This document shows positions 30,181 to 40,921 of a stretch of DNA of 64,000 nucleotides, piece after piece. This stretch comes from Halobacteriales archaeon QS_9_68_17 (GTDB lineage: Archaea; Halobacteriota; Halobacteria; Halobacteriales; Natronoarchaeaceae). The stretch is from positions 1,492-65,491 of the forward strand of contig PXSA01000012.1 in assembly GCA_003023565.1 (NCBI GenBank). The letters run 5' to 3'. Positions within the stretch are counted from its first letter, which is position 1. The number at the start of each line of letters is the position of its first letter. The position numbers and the translations under genes are program-made. The notes below the pieces were generated by a model that saw only the letters and a list, made by a program, of their open reading frames with translations, did not search any database and was not told where the DNA came from.

Positions 30181-30506
30181 GCTTCTTCCCTCCGGACTTC
30201 GGGGGCGGTCGAACGCGCCTGATACACGGCGGCGATCACCAGCGCGACCATGGCGACGTCGAGCGCGTGTTCGGAGAGGTGATGCGTCGCGTCCGGGACC
30301 ACGCCGGCCATCGTCAGGGCGGCGACGGCCGTCCGCGCGACGAGGGTCGCGACGGCGAGCGCGACGAGCAGATACGACGCGGACTGCCGGCGGACGAACG
30401 CCGCCAGACCGAGGCCGAGGACGGCGGCGGAGCCGAGTCCGGCGAGCGTCACGACGGTGACCAGCGCCGGGTCACCGGCGGTAGGCGAGGCGTGGAGAGC
30501 GTTCAC
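30177..30506 (-). CDS. Small 3-TM protein coupled to the HTH regulator
   Basis: RRQSASYLLVALA, HHLSEHALD; GTGA overlap. Confidence 0.75.
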   Translation of the reverse strand: MNALHASPTAGDPALVTVVTLAGLGSAAVLGLGLAAFVRRQSASYLLVALAVATLVARTAVAALTMAGVVPDATHHLSEHALDVAMVALVIAAVYQARSTAPEVRREEA

Positions 30507-30725
30507 GGGTCGGGCTACGGTCTTCGGTGGTGTTAGCGTTGCGCTCTTTCCCCCGGTCGCGCGGTCGACCGCCCCGCCCGTCGCCGGACCACGGGGCCGG
30601 GTTCCCGCCCGCGAGTCATATCGTTCCCGGTACGTGAAACACTTACCCGTGTTGAACCCCTAAAACGGGCACGGGACGGCACCAACGCGCCGGTTGACGG
30701 CGTCTCAGCGTCCCGAAGATAACCC

Positions 30726-31364
30726 ATGACGCACACCGAAAACACAGCCGCGTCATCGAAAGCGACGCTCGACGTTCCCCGCGGCGCGGAACTGGACGAG
30801 CGGTCGCTCCGAGCGCGCACCGAACAGATGTCCGTCGCCGCCTTCGGCACCGAACTCTACGAGGTCGAGAGCGAGAGCGGCAACACGTACCACGTCAACC
30901 TCCCGGCCGGGCGCTGTACCTGCCCGGACCACGGCATCCGCGGCGAGCGGTGCAAGCACCTCCGCCGGGTCGCCATCGAGGTCAACGAGGGCCGCGTCCC
31001 GCCGCCGGGGAAGGTCGTCGCCGACTGCGCGGTCTGTGGCGAGACCGCGTTCGTCGACCGCGACGCCACGGACCCGACGCTGTGCTCGGCCCACGAGATC
31101 CGACTCGGCGAGCGGGTGATAGACCGCGAGACGGGCGACTTCCTCGCGGTCGTCACCGTCTCCGGGAAGCGCGCCGACGAGGTGGCCGTCGACAACTCCG
31201 TCCACACCGTCGCGGAGTACCCGTCGAACCGCGATTACGGTAGCGATGACCCCGTCGTCGGCGTCGTCTACCCGCAGTCGCTGGAGATAGGCGAGGACGG
31301 TCCGACGCCCGAGGCGCTCCGCGTTTACTCGTTCCCGCGCTCCCGTCTGAAGCGGGTCGACTAG
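30726..31364 (+). CDS. SWIM zinc-finger protein
   Basis: [22 protein letters not shown]. Confidence 0.85.
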   Translation: MTHTENTAASSKATLDVPRGAELDERSLRARTEQMSVAAFGTELYEVESESGNTYHVNLPAGRCTCPDHGIRGERCKHLRRVAIEVNEGRVPPPGKVVADCAVCGETAFVDRDATDPTLCSAHEIRLGERVIDRETGDFLAVVTVSGKRADEVAVDNSVHTVAEYPSNRDYGSDDPVVGVVYPQSLEIGEDGPTPEALRVYSFPRSRLKRVD

Positions 31365-31876
31365 TCGAGCATCTCGGCCGCCTCTTCGACCGACACGTCC
31401 CCGCGTTGCACGGCTTCGAGTACGTCGAGTACCCGCTGGTCGGGACCGGGGTCCTCGCCCACTTCGTCCAGCGTGACCTTCTCGGACTCGCCGGTGAACT
31501 CCGCGAAGTCGACCCCGTCGGACAGCGCCGTCTCCCGTTTCACCCGGTAGCTCCCGCCGTCTGTCCGGTAGAGGTCGCCGGGGTGGAAGAAGTACCAGTC
31601 CTCGTGGTCGAACCGGACGCCGACCCGTGGCTTCGCACCGAAGTTCCGCGAGAAGTACACCAGCGCCTCGACTTCCTCGCCCGTGAGGTAGATGGGGTCG
31701 CCGGCGCTCGATTTCGCCTCGACGGCGTAGAAGGTGTCGCCGTCCCCCGCCAGCACGTCCGGTAGCTCCCGCTCCGTGGCGCTCCCGCTGGCCGGCGCGC
31801 GCATCACGGCGAAGCCCGCCTCGTCGAGCTTGTTCACGAGCTCTCGCTCCCGCCGGTCGCCCTTCGCGTTCGACAT
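31361..31876 (-). CDS. hjc: Holliday junction resolvase Hjc
   Basis: [28 protein letters not shown]. Confidence 0.95.
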   Translation of the reverse strand: MSNAKGDRRERELVNKLDEAGFAVMRAPASGSATERELPDVLAGDGDTFYAVEAKSSAGDPIYLTGEEVEALVYFSRNFGAKPRVGVRFDHEDWYFFHPGDLYRTDGGSYRVKRETALSDGVDFAEFTGESEKVTLDEVGEDPGPDQRVLDVLEAVQRGDVSVEEAAEMLD

Positions 31877-32025
31877 CACCGGTACTCGGCAGGGGAGGTT
31901 CTTAAGCAGTCGCTTCTCGCCCCGAAGAACGTGGCGGCTATCGCCGAACGGTCACCGGGAAATACATATCAGAGAAATAACTGAATTATCAAGATATATA
32001 TCAACGGGAATCGAGAGGTAAACGA

Positions 32026-32205
32026 ATGGCCGACAGTCGCAACAGCTGGTTCGCGGACCAACTGTATCGACTCTCAGTGGTCGTACTGCTGACGCGGATC
32101 GCCGGAGGAGAGACGACTCTCCGCTCCGGAAACGTCGTTCTTCTCGGCCTTCTCCTCGGATCGCTCTCGATCGCAGTGGCAGTCGTTCACCGGGCCGCGG
32201 CGTGA
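32026..32205 (+). CDS. Unannotated 59-aa two-TM small protein
   Basis: MADSRNSWFADQLYRLSVVVLLTRIAGGETTLRSGNVVLLGLLLGSLSIAVAVVHRAAA; GATATATA about 28 nt upstream and GAGGT before the ATG. Confidence 0.55.
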   Translation: MADSRNSWFADQLYRLSVVVLLTRIAGGETTLRSGNVVLLGLLLGSLSIAVAVVHRAAA

Positions 32206-32263
32206 TCCGTTTCCGGCGGAACTCGATCCGCAGGCTCTCCATCGAATATCGGATATAGATCCA

Positions 32264-33595
32264 TTACGTCCCGTGCTGCCAGGAGTCCATGTACTCGCGC
32301 TGCTCCCGGGTCAGTTCGTCGTACTCGACGCCCTCGGCGTCGAGCTTGATCTCGGCGACCTCGCGGTCGAGTTCGTCCGGCACCTCGTGGACGCCGGCGT
32401 CGTACTCGTCGCCGTTCTCCAGCAGTTCGCGGACGGCGACGGCTTGCACGCCGAAGCTCTGGTCCATGACCTCGACGGGGTGGCCCAGCGCGAGGGGGCT
32501 GGCGAGGTTGACGAGGCGACCCTCGGCGAGGACGTTCAGTCGCGTGCCGTCTTCCAGTTCGTACTCGCGGACGCCGTCGCGGGCCTCGCGCTCGTCCACC
32601 GCGAGGTCCGACAGCGCGTCGAGGTCGACCTCGATGTCGAAGTGGCCGGCGTTGGCGAGCAGGACGCCGTCTTTCATCTTCGAGAAGTGCTCCCCCGTGA
32701 CCACGTCGCGGTTGCCCGTCGTAGTGAAGAACACGTCGCCGACCTCGGCGGCCTCGGCCATCGGCATCACGTCGTACCCCTCCATGTGTGCCTCCAGCGC
32801 GCGGCGGGGTTCGACCTCCGTGACGACCACGTTCGCGTTCTGGCCCGACGCCTTCTTCGCGATGCCGCGGCCGCAGTCGCCGTAGCCCGCGACGACGACG
32901 TTCTTGCCGGCCCACGAGAGGTTGGTCGCCATGGCGACGTTCGCCAGCGATGACTCGCCGGTGCCGTGGACGTTGTCGAACAGGCGCTTCATCGGCGTGT
33001 CGTTGACGGCGAAGACGGGGTAGTCGAGCGCGCCGTCCTCGTCCATCGCGCGGAGGCGGTGAACGCCGGTCGTCGTCTCCTCGCACCCGCCGACGATGGA
33101 GTCGATGAGTTCGGGGTAGTCCTCGTGGATAGCGGCGACCAGATCCATCCCGTCGTCGACCGTGACGGTCGGTTCGCGAGCGATGACCGCCTCGATGGCG
33201 GCGTAGTACTCCTCGTCGTCGACCCCGCGTTTGGCGTAGCTCGTGATGTTGTCGTGGGCGTCGAGCGCCGCGCTCACGTCGTCGTGGGTCGAGAGCGGGT
33301 TACAGCCGGTGATCGCGACCTCCGCGCCGCCCTCGGCGAGCAGTTCGACGAGCGTCGCGGTCTTGGCCTCGACGTGCATGGCCATACCGATGCGCTCGCC
33401 CGCGAACGGCCGCTCGACGACGTACTCCTCGCGGAGCGCGCTCAGGATCGGCATGTGCTGGCGCGCCCAGTCCATCTTGCGTCGGCCCTCCTCGCGAGCG
33501 GTCGCCACGTCACGGAACTCCGTTCCGTTGCTCGCCGAGCTCTGCTCGGCGGCGTCGTCGAGCTGCTCGCTGATGGGGGGGTAACCCTCTGTCAT
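32264..33595 (-). CDS. ahcY: Adenosylhomocysteinase
   Basis: GCNPLST, EETTTGVHRL, KRLFDNVHGTG, GHFDIE, EGRLVNL, GHPVEVMD. Confidence 0.96.
   Translation of the reverse strand: MTEGYPPISEQLDDAAEQSSASNGTEFRDVATAREEGRRKMDWARQHMPILSALREEYVVERPFAGERIGMAMHVEAKTATLVELLAEGGAEVAITGCNPLSTHDDVSAALDAHDNITSYAKRGVDDEEYYAAIEAVIAREPTVTVDDGMDLVAAIHEDYPELIDSIVGGCEETTTGVHRLRAMDEDGALDYPVFAVNDTPMKRLFDNVHGTGESSLANVAMATNLSWAGKNVVVAGYGDCGRGIAKKASGQNANVVVTEVEPRRALEAHMEGYDVMPMAEAAEVGDVFFTTTGNRDVVTGEHFSKMKDGVLLANAGHFDIEVDLDALSDLAVDEREARDGVREYELEDGTRLNVLAEGRLVNLASPLALGHPVEVMDQSFGVQAVAVRELLENGDEYDAGVHEVPDELDREVAEIKLDAEGVEYDELTREQREYMDSWQHGT
33510..33554 (-). repeat. 45-bp in-frame double-hairpin insert in ahcY (boundaries approximate)
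   Basis: ACGGAAC-TCC-GTTCCGT and CGCCGAGC-TCT-GCTCGGCG; encodes AAEQSSASNGTEFRD. Confidence 0.7.
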
Positions 33596-33790
33596 GTACG
33601 TCAAGAGGGTGACCGGCGGGAAAACACTACCGAACCTTTTCGCCCCGGCGGGGCGACGAGTCTCGCCAGTAGCGAGGTGAGGGGGAGAGGATAAAAAGAG
33701 GGTGGGGGGTGAGCGGCGTCGGGGGGGTGAGCCGGGTCATAGGGGGTAAAGCGACCCGAATCGCTGGGATGGGTGGGTGTGAGTTGCCGC

Positions 33791-34403
33791 TTAGCGACCG
33801 TTGGCGTTCCCGTTGCCGGGACCGCCGCCTCGCTCGTCGTCACCGTCTTCCCCTTCTTCTCCGTTCTCGTCCCCGTCGCCGCCCTTGTCGTTACCGGCGT
33901 GTTCGAGCGGACCCCGGTCGCCGTCGTTACCCTCGTCCTCGGGCGGGCCGCGGCGGTCGTCGGTCTCGTTGTCGTCACCGCCGGGACCGGCGTGGGCCGG
34001 CGGGCCGGCGTGGTCGGGCGCGTTACCCGGGTTGTTCGAGCCCGCGAAGTCCGCGATCAGGAGCCCGCGCGGACCCGTCCGGCTCGTGTCGTTCGAACTC
34101 TCGATGAAGGCGTTCACCTGCGGCCCGAACGCGTCGGAGCCGTTCTCCGTCTCGTTCGTCTCGTCGAATTCGTCCGACTTCGTTCGTCTCGTCGAGTTCG
34201 TCCGACTCGCTGTCGTCGGCGGTTTCGTTGTCGTTCTCGGAGTCGTTCACCGTCTCGTTATCGTCCGTCTCGTTCAGTGCCGACACGGAGTACGACGCGT
34301 CTGCGCTCTCGGCCGTGGCGTCCGCGGCGGCGACTGTCGGCCCGAAGGCAGACAGCACCAGCACGACGACGCCGACCAGTGCGAACAGTCCGTTGCGGTG
34401 CAT
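33791..34403 (-). pseudogene. Secreted acidic low-complexity protein frameshifted by a 28-bp tandem duplication
   Basis: Signal peptide MHRNGLFALVGVVVLVL; NET sequons; C-terminal NNPGNAPDHAGPP in another frame; duplicate at 34152/34180. Confidence 0.7.
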
Positions 34404-34558
34404 CACGAACCGGCATGACTCCTGGAGAGAACAAACCTCACTCCCGTGCAGTTCGTTCATCCGTCGTTCGACGGGGCGTACGAAGGGTTCAGAACCCGTT
34501 AGAACGTTCAAAGCTCTTCCGGGAGTTCAACAGCGTACCCGAACGTCGGCGGTCCGGT

Positions 34559-35857
34559 CTACTCGTTCGCGCGCTCGACGGCCTCGGCGGCGTGTCGTTC
34601 GGCGCGCTCTCGGACCGCGTCCTCGTCCAGTGTCAGCACCTCGCGGTCGCGCATCAGCACGCGGCCGTCGCAGACGGTGTGGCGCACGTCGCTCCCGGTC
34701 GCGGCGTAGGCGAGGTGGCTGACGAGGTCGTGCTGCGGGGCGAGATGCGGTGCCGAGAGGTCGAGCACGGCGAGGTCGGCGTTCGCGCCGGGTTCGATCC
34801 GACCGGCGTCGACGCCGAGGGCGGCCGCGCCGCCGCGGGTCGCCATCTCCACGACCGCCTCGGCGGGCATGGCGCTCGCGTCGTCCGCGGCGATCTTCCC
34901 GACCATCGCGGCGTCGCGCATCTCGTCGAACAGGTCGAGGTCGTTGTTCGAGGCCGCGCCGTCCGTGCCGAGCGCGACCGTCACGCCCGCGTCGAGCATC
35001 CGCTGGACCGGCGCGACCCCGCTCGCGAGCTTCATGTTCGAGGCGGGGCAGTGGACGACGGCGGTGCCGCGCTCGGCGAGCAGGTCGATCTCGGAGTCGT
35101 CGACGTGGACCCCGTGGGCGATGAAGTCCTCGCCGGTCAGCATCTCTCGCTCGTCGGCGTAAGCGAGCGGTCGTTCCCCCCGCTCGTCGACGATCGGGTC
35201 GACCTCGTCCGCCGTCTCGTTCGCGTGGAAGTGCAGCGAGGACCCCCGTTCACGGGCCTCAGCGACGTACTCGGCGAGGTACCCGTCGGCGACGGTCGTG
35301 AGACTGTGGGGCATCACGGCCGTCGAGACGCGACCGTCGGCCGCGCCGTCGAACTCGGCGGCGACCTCCATGCACTCCTCGAAGTCGGCGACAACGGCCT
35401 CCTCGTCCTTGCCGACGGTGACGACGCCGTGGCCGACGCGGGCGCGCAGGCCCGCCTCGTCGACCGCGTCGACGACCTCCGGCACCTCGAAGTACATGTC
35501 CGCGAACGCGGTCGTGCCGGACCTGATCATCTCGACGAGGCCGAGTTCCGCGCCGGCGCGGACGTCCTCTGCGGTCAGCGCGCCCTCGACCGGCCAGATG
35601 TCCTCCTGCAACCAGGCGTCGAGCGGTTTGTCGTCGGCGTACCCGCGCAGCAGCGTCATGGCGACGTGGGTGTGGGCGTTCACGAGGCCGGGGATCACCA
35701 GTCCGTCGCTCGCGTCGAGGCGCTCGTCCGGGTCGGCGTCGACGTCCTCGCCGACGGCGACGATATCGCCGCTCTCCTGGTCCACGAGAACGTCCGCGCG
35801 CGCCACCGTCAGGTCGGAGCGGAGCACCCGTCCGCCCGCGATCAGAGTCGTCGTCAT
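34559..35857 (-). CDS. mtaD: 5'-methylthioadenosine/S-adenosylhomocysteine deaminase (amidohydrolase)
   Basis: PGLVNAHTH, HFHANE, HCPASNMKLASG, GTDGAASNN; next to ahcY. Confidence 0.85.
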   Translation of the reverse strand: MTTTLIAGGRVLRSDLTVARADVLVDQESGDIVAVGEDVDADPDERLDASDGLVIPGLVNAHTHVAMTLLRGYADDKPLDAWLQEDIWPVEGALTAEDVRAGAELGLVEMIRSGTTAFADMYFEVPEVVDAVDEAGLRARVGHGVVTVGKDEEAVVADFEECMEVAAEFDGAADGRVSTAVMPHSLTTVADGYLAEYVAEARERGSSLHFHANETADEVDPIVDERGERPLAYADEREMLTGEDFIAHGVHVDDSEIDLLAERGTAVVHCPASNMKLASGVAPVQRMLDAGVTVALGTDGAASNNDLDLFDEMRDAAMVGKIAADDASAMPAEAVVEMATRGGAAALGVDAGRIEPGANADLAVLDLSAPHLAPQHDLVSHLAYAATGSDVRHTVCDGRVLMRDREVLTLDEDAVRERAERHAAEAVERANE

Positions 35858-35981
35858 GCTCGCCACGTTCCCCGCCGCGGGGCGTCAATGTGTCGGGACG
35901 CGGTCGACCCGCGGGGCGTCCGTCCGTGGACGGCGGCCCGCGCGGCCGAGGTTTATTTCCCGGGCCGCCCTCAGGACGGGT

Positions 35982-36560
35982 ATGTCGCTCCAGTGGCTTC
36001 GCGTCGCCGTCCGCGAACACCGGTCGTACTTCCTCTTCTCGGTCGTCCTCTTTCTCCTGGGTGCCGTCGTCGGGGTCGCGATCGCCGACCGCGGCGTCGA
36101 CCTGTTCGCCCAGCTCGGTCTCGGCCGCGGGGAGAGCGTGTTCCCGTCCGAGCCGTCGATGTCGTTCCTGCTCGTGAACAACACCCGGGCGTTCGCCGTC
36201 TTCCTGCTCGGCGCGCTCTCGCTCGGCCTGATCACCGCCGTCGGCCTGGTCGGTAACGGGATCCTGCTGGGGTACGTCGGGGCCGTCGCGGCCGCGCGGG
36301 AGGGTCTCGGCTTCGTCGTACTGGCCGTCGCGCCCCACGGGGTCCTCGAACTCCCCGCGCTGTTCGCCGCCAGCGCCGTCGCCTTCCGGGTCGTCGCCCG
36401 GACGGCCGCCCGGGTCGCCGGTCGCCGCTCGTCGGTCCAGACGCGCGAGGAGTGGCGGCGGACGCTCGGCTACGTCGCCGCCGCGTGGCTCGTCCTCGTG
36501 GTCGCCGCGTTCGTCGAGATCTACGTCACCTTCGTGCTCGTCAGCGCGGCGTACGGATGA
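35982..36560 (+). CDS. SpoIIM/DUF95-like membrane protein
   Basis: [30 protein letters not shown]. Confidence 0.85.
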   Translation: MSLQWLRVAVREHRSYFLFSVVLFLLGAVVGVAIADRGVDLFAQLGLGRGESVFPSEPSMSFLLVNNTRAFAVFLLGALSLGLITAVGLVGNGILLGYVGAVAAAREGLGFVVLAVAPHGVLELPALFAASAVAFRVVARTAARVAGRRSSVQTREEWRRTLGYVAAAWLVLVVAAFVEIYVTFVLVSAAYG

Positions 36561-36598
36561 CCGAAAACCAGTTCCTCGCGGGTCCCGTCGGACCGTCC

Positions 36599-37459
36599 AT
36601 GCGCATCGCCGTCCCCAACAAGGGCCGCCTGCACGACCCCGCTATCGAGTTGCTCGAACGCGCCGGCCTCCACGTCGTCGACGGCGCGGACCGGAAGCTG
36701 TACGCCGACACCGTCGACCCGGACGTGACCCTGCTGTTCGCGCGGGCCGCCGACATCCCGGAGTACGTCAGCGACGGCGCGGCGGACGTCGGCATCACCG
36801 GGCTAGACCAGGTCCGGGAGGCCGACCCCGGGAACGTGGTCGAACTGCTCGACCTGGAGTTCGGCCGCTGTCGCCTCGTCCTCGCCTCGCCCCGCGACGG
36901 CGGCATCGAGTCCGTCGCGGACCTGGAGGGCGGCACCGTCGCAACGGAGTTCCCGAACGTCGCCCGGACGTACTTCGAGCGGACCGGCGTCTCGCCGGAC
37001 ATCGTCGAGGTCAGCGGCGCGACGGAGCTCACCCCGCACGTCGACATGGCCGACGCCATCATCGACATCACCTCCACGGGGACGACGCTGAAGGTGAACA
37101 ACCTCGCAGTCATCGACGAGGTGCTCGAAAGCTCCGTCCACCTGGTCGCCCGCGACGACGCGCTCGACGACCCGAAGGTCGAGCAGGCCGAGACGGCGTT
37201 CCAGTCGGTCCTCTCCGCGGACGGCAAGCGCTACCTGATGATGAACGTCCCGCGCGACGGCTTGGAGGACGTGCGCGACGTGATCCCCGGTCTCGGCGGC
37301 CCCACCGTGATGGACATCGCCGACGAGAACGGCGGCGGCGAGAAGGTCGCGGTCCACGCCGTGGTCGACGAGCGCGACGTGTTCGAGACGATCACGAAAG
37401 TGAAAGAGCAGGGCGCGAGCGGTATCCTCGTCACCGAAATCGAGCGGCTAGTGGAGTGA
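36599..37459 (+). CDS. hisG: ATP phosphoribosyltransferase (long form)
   Basis: [43 protein letters not shown]. Confidence 0.96.
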   Translation: MRIAVPNKGRLHDPAIELLERAGLHVVDGADRKLYADTVDPDVTLLFARAADIPEYVSDGAADVGITGLDQVREADPGNVVELLDLEFGRCRLVLASPRDGGIESVADLEGGTVATEFPNVARTYFERTGVSPDIVEVSGATELTPHVDMADAIIDITSTGTTLKVNNLAVIDEVLESSVHLVARDDALDDPKVEQAETAFQSVLSADGKRYLMMNVPRDGLEDVRDVIPGLGGPTVMDIADENGGGEKVAVHAVVDERDVFETITKVKEQGASGILVTEIERLVE

Positions 37460-37462
37460 CGT

Positions 37463-37834
37463 TCAGGTCGGTGCCGTGCCCAGCAACGCGATCAGGTTGT
37501 AGAGAGTGATGCCGAGGATGACGGTCACCGTGTAGTGAGCGAGCGCGACCATCCCCGCGACCCGGTTCCCGAGTCGGTACGCGCCCCGGATAGCGAAGAA
37601 GTCGGCGAGCAGCGTCGTCGCGATGGTGACGGCCGGACCGTACCGCTGTAGCAACACCGAAACGACCGCCGGGACGGTCCCGACCAGTAGCGCGCGCCGC
37701 GCTCGCACGTCGCCAAGGACGTACCGCGCGGCGATGTGGGCGGTCAGCGAGTAGAACGCGACCGCGGCGAGAAACGTTCCGAGGACGGCGACCGGCGATC
37801 CGGCCGACGGGTCCAACTGCGCGAGAGCATCCAT
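37463..37834 (-). CDS. Conserved haloarchaeal membrane protein
   Basis: TAHIAARYVLGD; four hydrophobic segments. Confidence 0.75.
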   Translation of the reverse strand: MDALAQLDPSAGSPVAVLGTFLAAVAFYSLTAHIAARYVLGDVRARRALLVGTVPAVVSVLLQRYGPAVTIATTLLADFFAIRGAYRLGNRVAGMVALAHYTVTVILGITLYNLIALLGTAPT

Positions 37835-37873
37835 ACGTGGCGTTACGACCCGGCCGAGTTGTGAGTGCCGATG

Positions 37874-38434
37874 TTACTCGAGCAGGCCCAGGTCCTCGAG
37901 ACGGGAGACGATCTTGTCGACCGCGTGTTCGGCGTCCTCGGGCTTTTTCCCACCCGTGATGACGAGCTTCCCGCTACCGAACAGGAGCGCCACGACCTCC
38001 GGTTCGTCGAGTCGGTAGACGAGACCGGGGAACTGCTCCGGTTCGTACTCGATGTTTTCCAGACCGAGGCCGATGGCGATCGCGTTCAGGTTCAGGTTCC
38101 GTCCGAGGTCCGCGCTCGTGACGATGTTCTGGACGACGATCTCCGGGTCCTCATTGACGTTGATCTCCAGTTCGCGGAGTTTGTCGAAGACGATCCGCAG
38201 GCTCTCGTGGACGTCGTCGGTCGACTTCGCGCCGGTGCAGACGATCTTGCCCGAGCGGAAGATCAGCGCGGCGGACTTGGGGTCCTGAGTGCGGTAGACG
38301 AGACCGGGGAACTGCTCGGGGTCGTAGTCGGCCCCCTCCAGGTCCATCGCGACGCTCTGGAGGTCCAGTTCCTGCCCGATTCCCGTCGAGGCCACCACGT
38401 TTTCAATATTGATGGTTTCCTTGGGATCAGCCAT
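37874..38434 (-). CDS. tbp: TATA-box-binding protein
   Basis: Two repeats NVVAS/NIVTS with YDPEQFPGLVYR/YEPEQFPGLVYR. Confidence 0.98.
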   Translation of the reverse strand: MADPKETINIENVVASTGIGQELDLQSVAMDLEGADYDPEQFPGLVYRTQDPKSAALIFRSGKIVCTGAKSTDDVHESLRIVFDKLRELEINVNEDPEIVVQNIVTSADLGRNLNLNAIAIGLGLENIEYEPEQFPGLVYRLDEPEVVALLFGSGKLVITGGKKPEDAEHAVDKIVSRLEDLGLLE

Positions 38435-38461
38435 GTATCGACTTAAAAGACGTATTTAAGG

Positions 38462-38469
38462 TTTATAAA
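38462..38469 (-). promoter_or_regulatory. TATA box of tbp (probably leaderless transcript)
   Basis: TTTATAAA about 28 nt upstream of the ATG. Confidence 0.65.
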
Positions 38470-38581
38470 GGTTGGTGCCGAAATCTGACAGGTACCCTAT
38501 GAGACAGGCCCCGATCGCCGCTTAAACCCCCGCGGACGACGAACCAACACGCTGATTGCTCCGCCTCTCGGACGCTCTCGC

Positions 38582-39634
38582 GTGTACGTTCTGGAACTCG
38601 GCGGGGAGGACGACGCGTTCGCGGCGTGCGAGGCGGCGAGCGCGGCGGCCGACGTCGACATCGTCGGTCCCGGCCTCGCGACTGCGACCACTATCGCTCC
38701 CGACCGCGTGTGCACGCTCGCCTACACGCACCGCGTGAGCGAGGTCCTCGGCCGCGCTGACGCGTCGGTCGCCGGCGCTCGCGCGGTGCTCTCGGCGTCG
38801 TCGCTTGACCGCGACGGAACGGTCGCAGTCCGCGCCCGCGACGTCCGAGGCAGTTCGGGCGTCGACACGCAGGCCGTCGAACGCGAACTCGGCGGTGTCC
38901 TCGTGGACCGGGGGTTCGCGGTGGACCTCGACGACCCCGACCACGAGCTGCGCGCCGTGTTCTCACGGGGGGAGCCCTCCGGCGACGCCGACGTCGATGC
39001 CGCCGACGTGTGCTACCTCGGGTGGTTGACCGCCGAGAGCGTGCGGGACTACGGCGACCGCACGCCCACGAACCGCCCGTTCTTCCAGCCCGGGAGCATG
39101 GACCCACTGCTCGCGCGCGCCCTCGCGAACATCGCCGGGGCCGCACCCGGACGCACCGTCCTCGACCCGATGTGTGGCACCGGCGGCGTCCTGGTCGAGG
39201 CTGGTCTCGTCGGCGCGCGCGTCCTCGGTAACGACGCGCAGCGACGGATGGTCCGGGGGAGCCGCGAGAACTTGCGGGCCTTTCTCGACGACGACGGGGA
39301 GTACGGGATCGTCCGTGGCGACGCGACCAGCCTGCCGTTCGCCGACGAGCCGGTCGACGCCGGCGAGCACAGCCCGTCGAGCCCACGGTCGTGGACCGTG
39401 GACGGGGTCGTCTTCGACGCCCCCTACGGCCGACAGTCGAAGATAGCCACTCACGACCTCGACGACCTGGTCGCCGGTGCGCTGGCGGAGGCCCGCCGTC
39501 TCGCACCCCGGACGGTGATGGTCGCGGACCGCTCGTGGGTCGGCATCGCCCGCGACGCGGGTTGGGAGATAGCGTCCTCGTTCGAGCGCCGCGTCCACCG
39601 GTCGTTGACGCGGTACGTGCTGGTACTCGAGTAG
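38582..39634 (+). CDS. THUMP-domain tRNA m2G10 methyltransferase (Trm11/Trm-G10 family)
   Basis: RPFFQPGSM, LDPMCGTGG, FDAPYG, RVHRSLTR. Confidence 0.88.
   Translation: MYVLELGGEDDAFAACEAASAAADVDIVGPGLATATTIAPDRVCTLAYTHRVSEVLGRADASVAGARAVLSASSLDRDGTVAVRARDVRGSSGVDTQAVERELGGVLVDRGFAVDLDDPDHELRAVFSRGEPSGDADVDAADVCYLGWLTAESVRDYGDRTPTNRPFFQPGSMDPLLARALANIAGAAPGRTVLDPMCGTGGVLVEAGLVGARVLGNDAQRRMVRGSRENLRAFLDDDGEYGIVRGDATSLPFADEPVDAGEHSPSSPRSWTVDGVVFDAPYGRQSKIATHDLDDLVAGALAEARRLAPRTVMVADRSWVGIARDAGWEIASSFERRVHRSLTRYVLVLE
39353..39403 (+). repeat. 45-bp in-frame hairpin insert in the Trm11-family gene
   Basis: VD-AGEHSPSSPRSWT-VD; perfect CCACGGTC-GTG-GACCGTGG. Confidence 0.65.
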
Positions 39635-39774
39635 CGAACAGGCGACGTCGCGAGTCGCGGAGCGGGTCGTCGCGCGCCCGCCTCGGCCGCTCCGCGACGC
39701 TGGATCAGGTCACGGACGGTCTGGCCGCGAACCGGTACAAAAAGGTGTGGACGGCGGACCGACCGACAGACCGC

Positions 39775-40773
39775 TTACCGCCCTATCTCTGCGAGCAAGT
39801 GTGAGATGTGCAGTCTGTCGTTCGTCCCCTCGGCCAGATCCATGTCTATCTCGCCGGCGAGGCGGTGGAGTTCGGCGAGGCGGTCGCCGTTGTAGCGCGA
39901 GCGGGCGACCCGGAGGACGTCGTCGAGCACTTCCTCGCCGCTGAACCCCTCGTCGACGAGGAGGTCGTCGAGTGTGCTCCGGGCGTCGGTGAACTCGCCG
40001 GCCTCGGCGTCGTCTAACATCGCCTTCACCTGGTCGTCCGCGCCGACCTCGCCGAGGGTCTCGTAGGCGGCGTTCATCGTGACCTCGCCCTCGGCCTCGC
40101 TGGTGGTCTGGGCGGCGAGGATCGCCCGCCGGAGGTCGCTGTCGGCGTAGCCGGCGACGTACTCTAGACCGTCGTCGTCGTAATCGACGCCCTCGCTCTC
40201 GACGACGTCTTCGAGGACGGCGGCGATCTCGTCGTCGGTCGGCGCGCGCATCGGGACGGGGAAACAGCGCGACCGGATCGGCGGGATGAGCTTCGTCGGC
40301 TGCCGGGTCGTGATGACGAACTGGGTCGTCCTGTGGTGGCGCTCCATCACGCGGCGCAGCGCCTGCTGAAAGTCCACGCGGATGCCCTCCGCGTTGTCGA
40401 GCGCGACCGTCTTGTACGTCCCCGAGACGGGAGCGTAGCTCGCGGACTCTTTGAGGACGTGGTTGATCATGTCCCGCTTCGCCATGCCGCTCCGGCCGTC
40501 GAGGAAGGAGGCGAACCGCGGGTCGTTCTTGATCTCCTTTTTCGTCCGGTCGAAGAAGTCCGCGACGTTGATCTCGACGAGGTCGTTGTCGGGGTCGTCG
40601 TGGACCTCGCGGGCGAGCGCCCGCACGGCGGCGGTCTTGCCGCTGCCTTTCGGCCCGTGGACGACGAGATTCAGCGGCTCGTCGACCGCCTTCTGCAGGT
40701 ACTCGCGCACGTCGTCCTGCGGCAGGTCGGCGAGGTCGGGGGCGTACGTGTCGGTCCACAGCGGCGCGTCCAT
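39775..40773 (-). CDS. rfc: Replication factor C small-subunit paralog
   Basis: LWTDTYAP, GPKGSGKT, QQALRRVME, PIRSRC, DLRRAI. Confidence 0.88.
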   Translation of the reverse strand: MDAPLWTDTYAPDLADLPQDDVREYLQKAVDEPLNLVVHGPKGSGKTAAVRALAREVHDDPDNDLVEINVADFFDRTKKEIKNDPRFASFLDGRSGMAKRDMINHVLKESASYAPVSGTYKTVALDNAEGIRVDFQQALRRVMERHHRTTQFVITTRQPTKLIPPIRSRCFPVPMRAPTDDEIAAVLEDVVESEGVDYDDDGLEYVAGYADSDLRRAILAAQTTSEAEGEVTMNAAYETLGEVGADDQVKAMLDDAEAGEFTDARSTLDDLLVDEGFSGEEVLDDVLRVARSRYNGDRLAELHRLAGEIDMDLAEGTNDRLHISHLLAEIGR

Positions 40774-40921
40774 CACCCCTCGATAGAGCCGTCAGGGGTA
40801 AGAATCGGTCGGTTCCGGGCGGTGGGGGGATCGCCCGCGCGCCGGCGGGGACTCGCCGAGCGCCAGCCTCCGCCACCCGAATTCCGAACGGGTTTACAGG
40901 AGCGGGGCCGAGGGTACGCCA

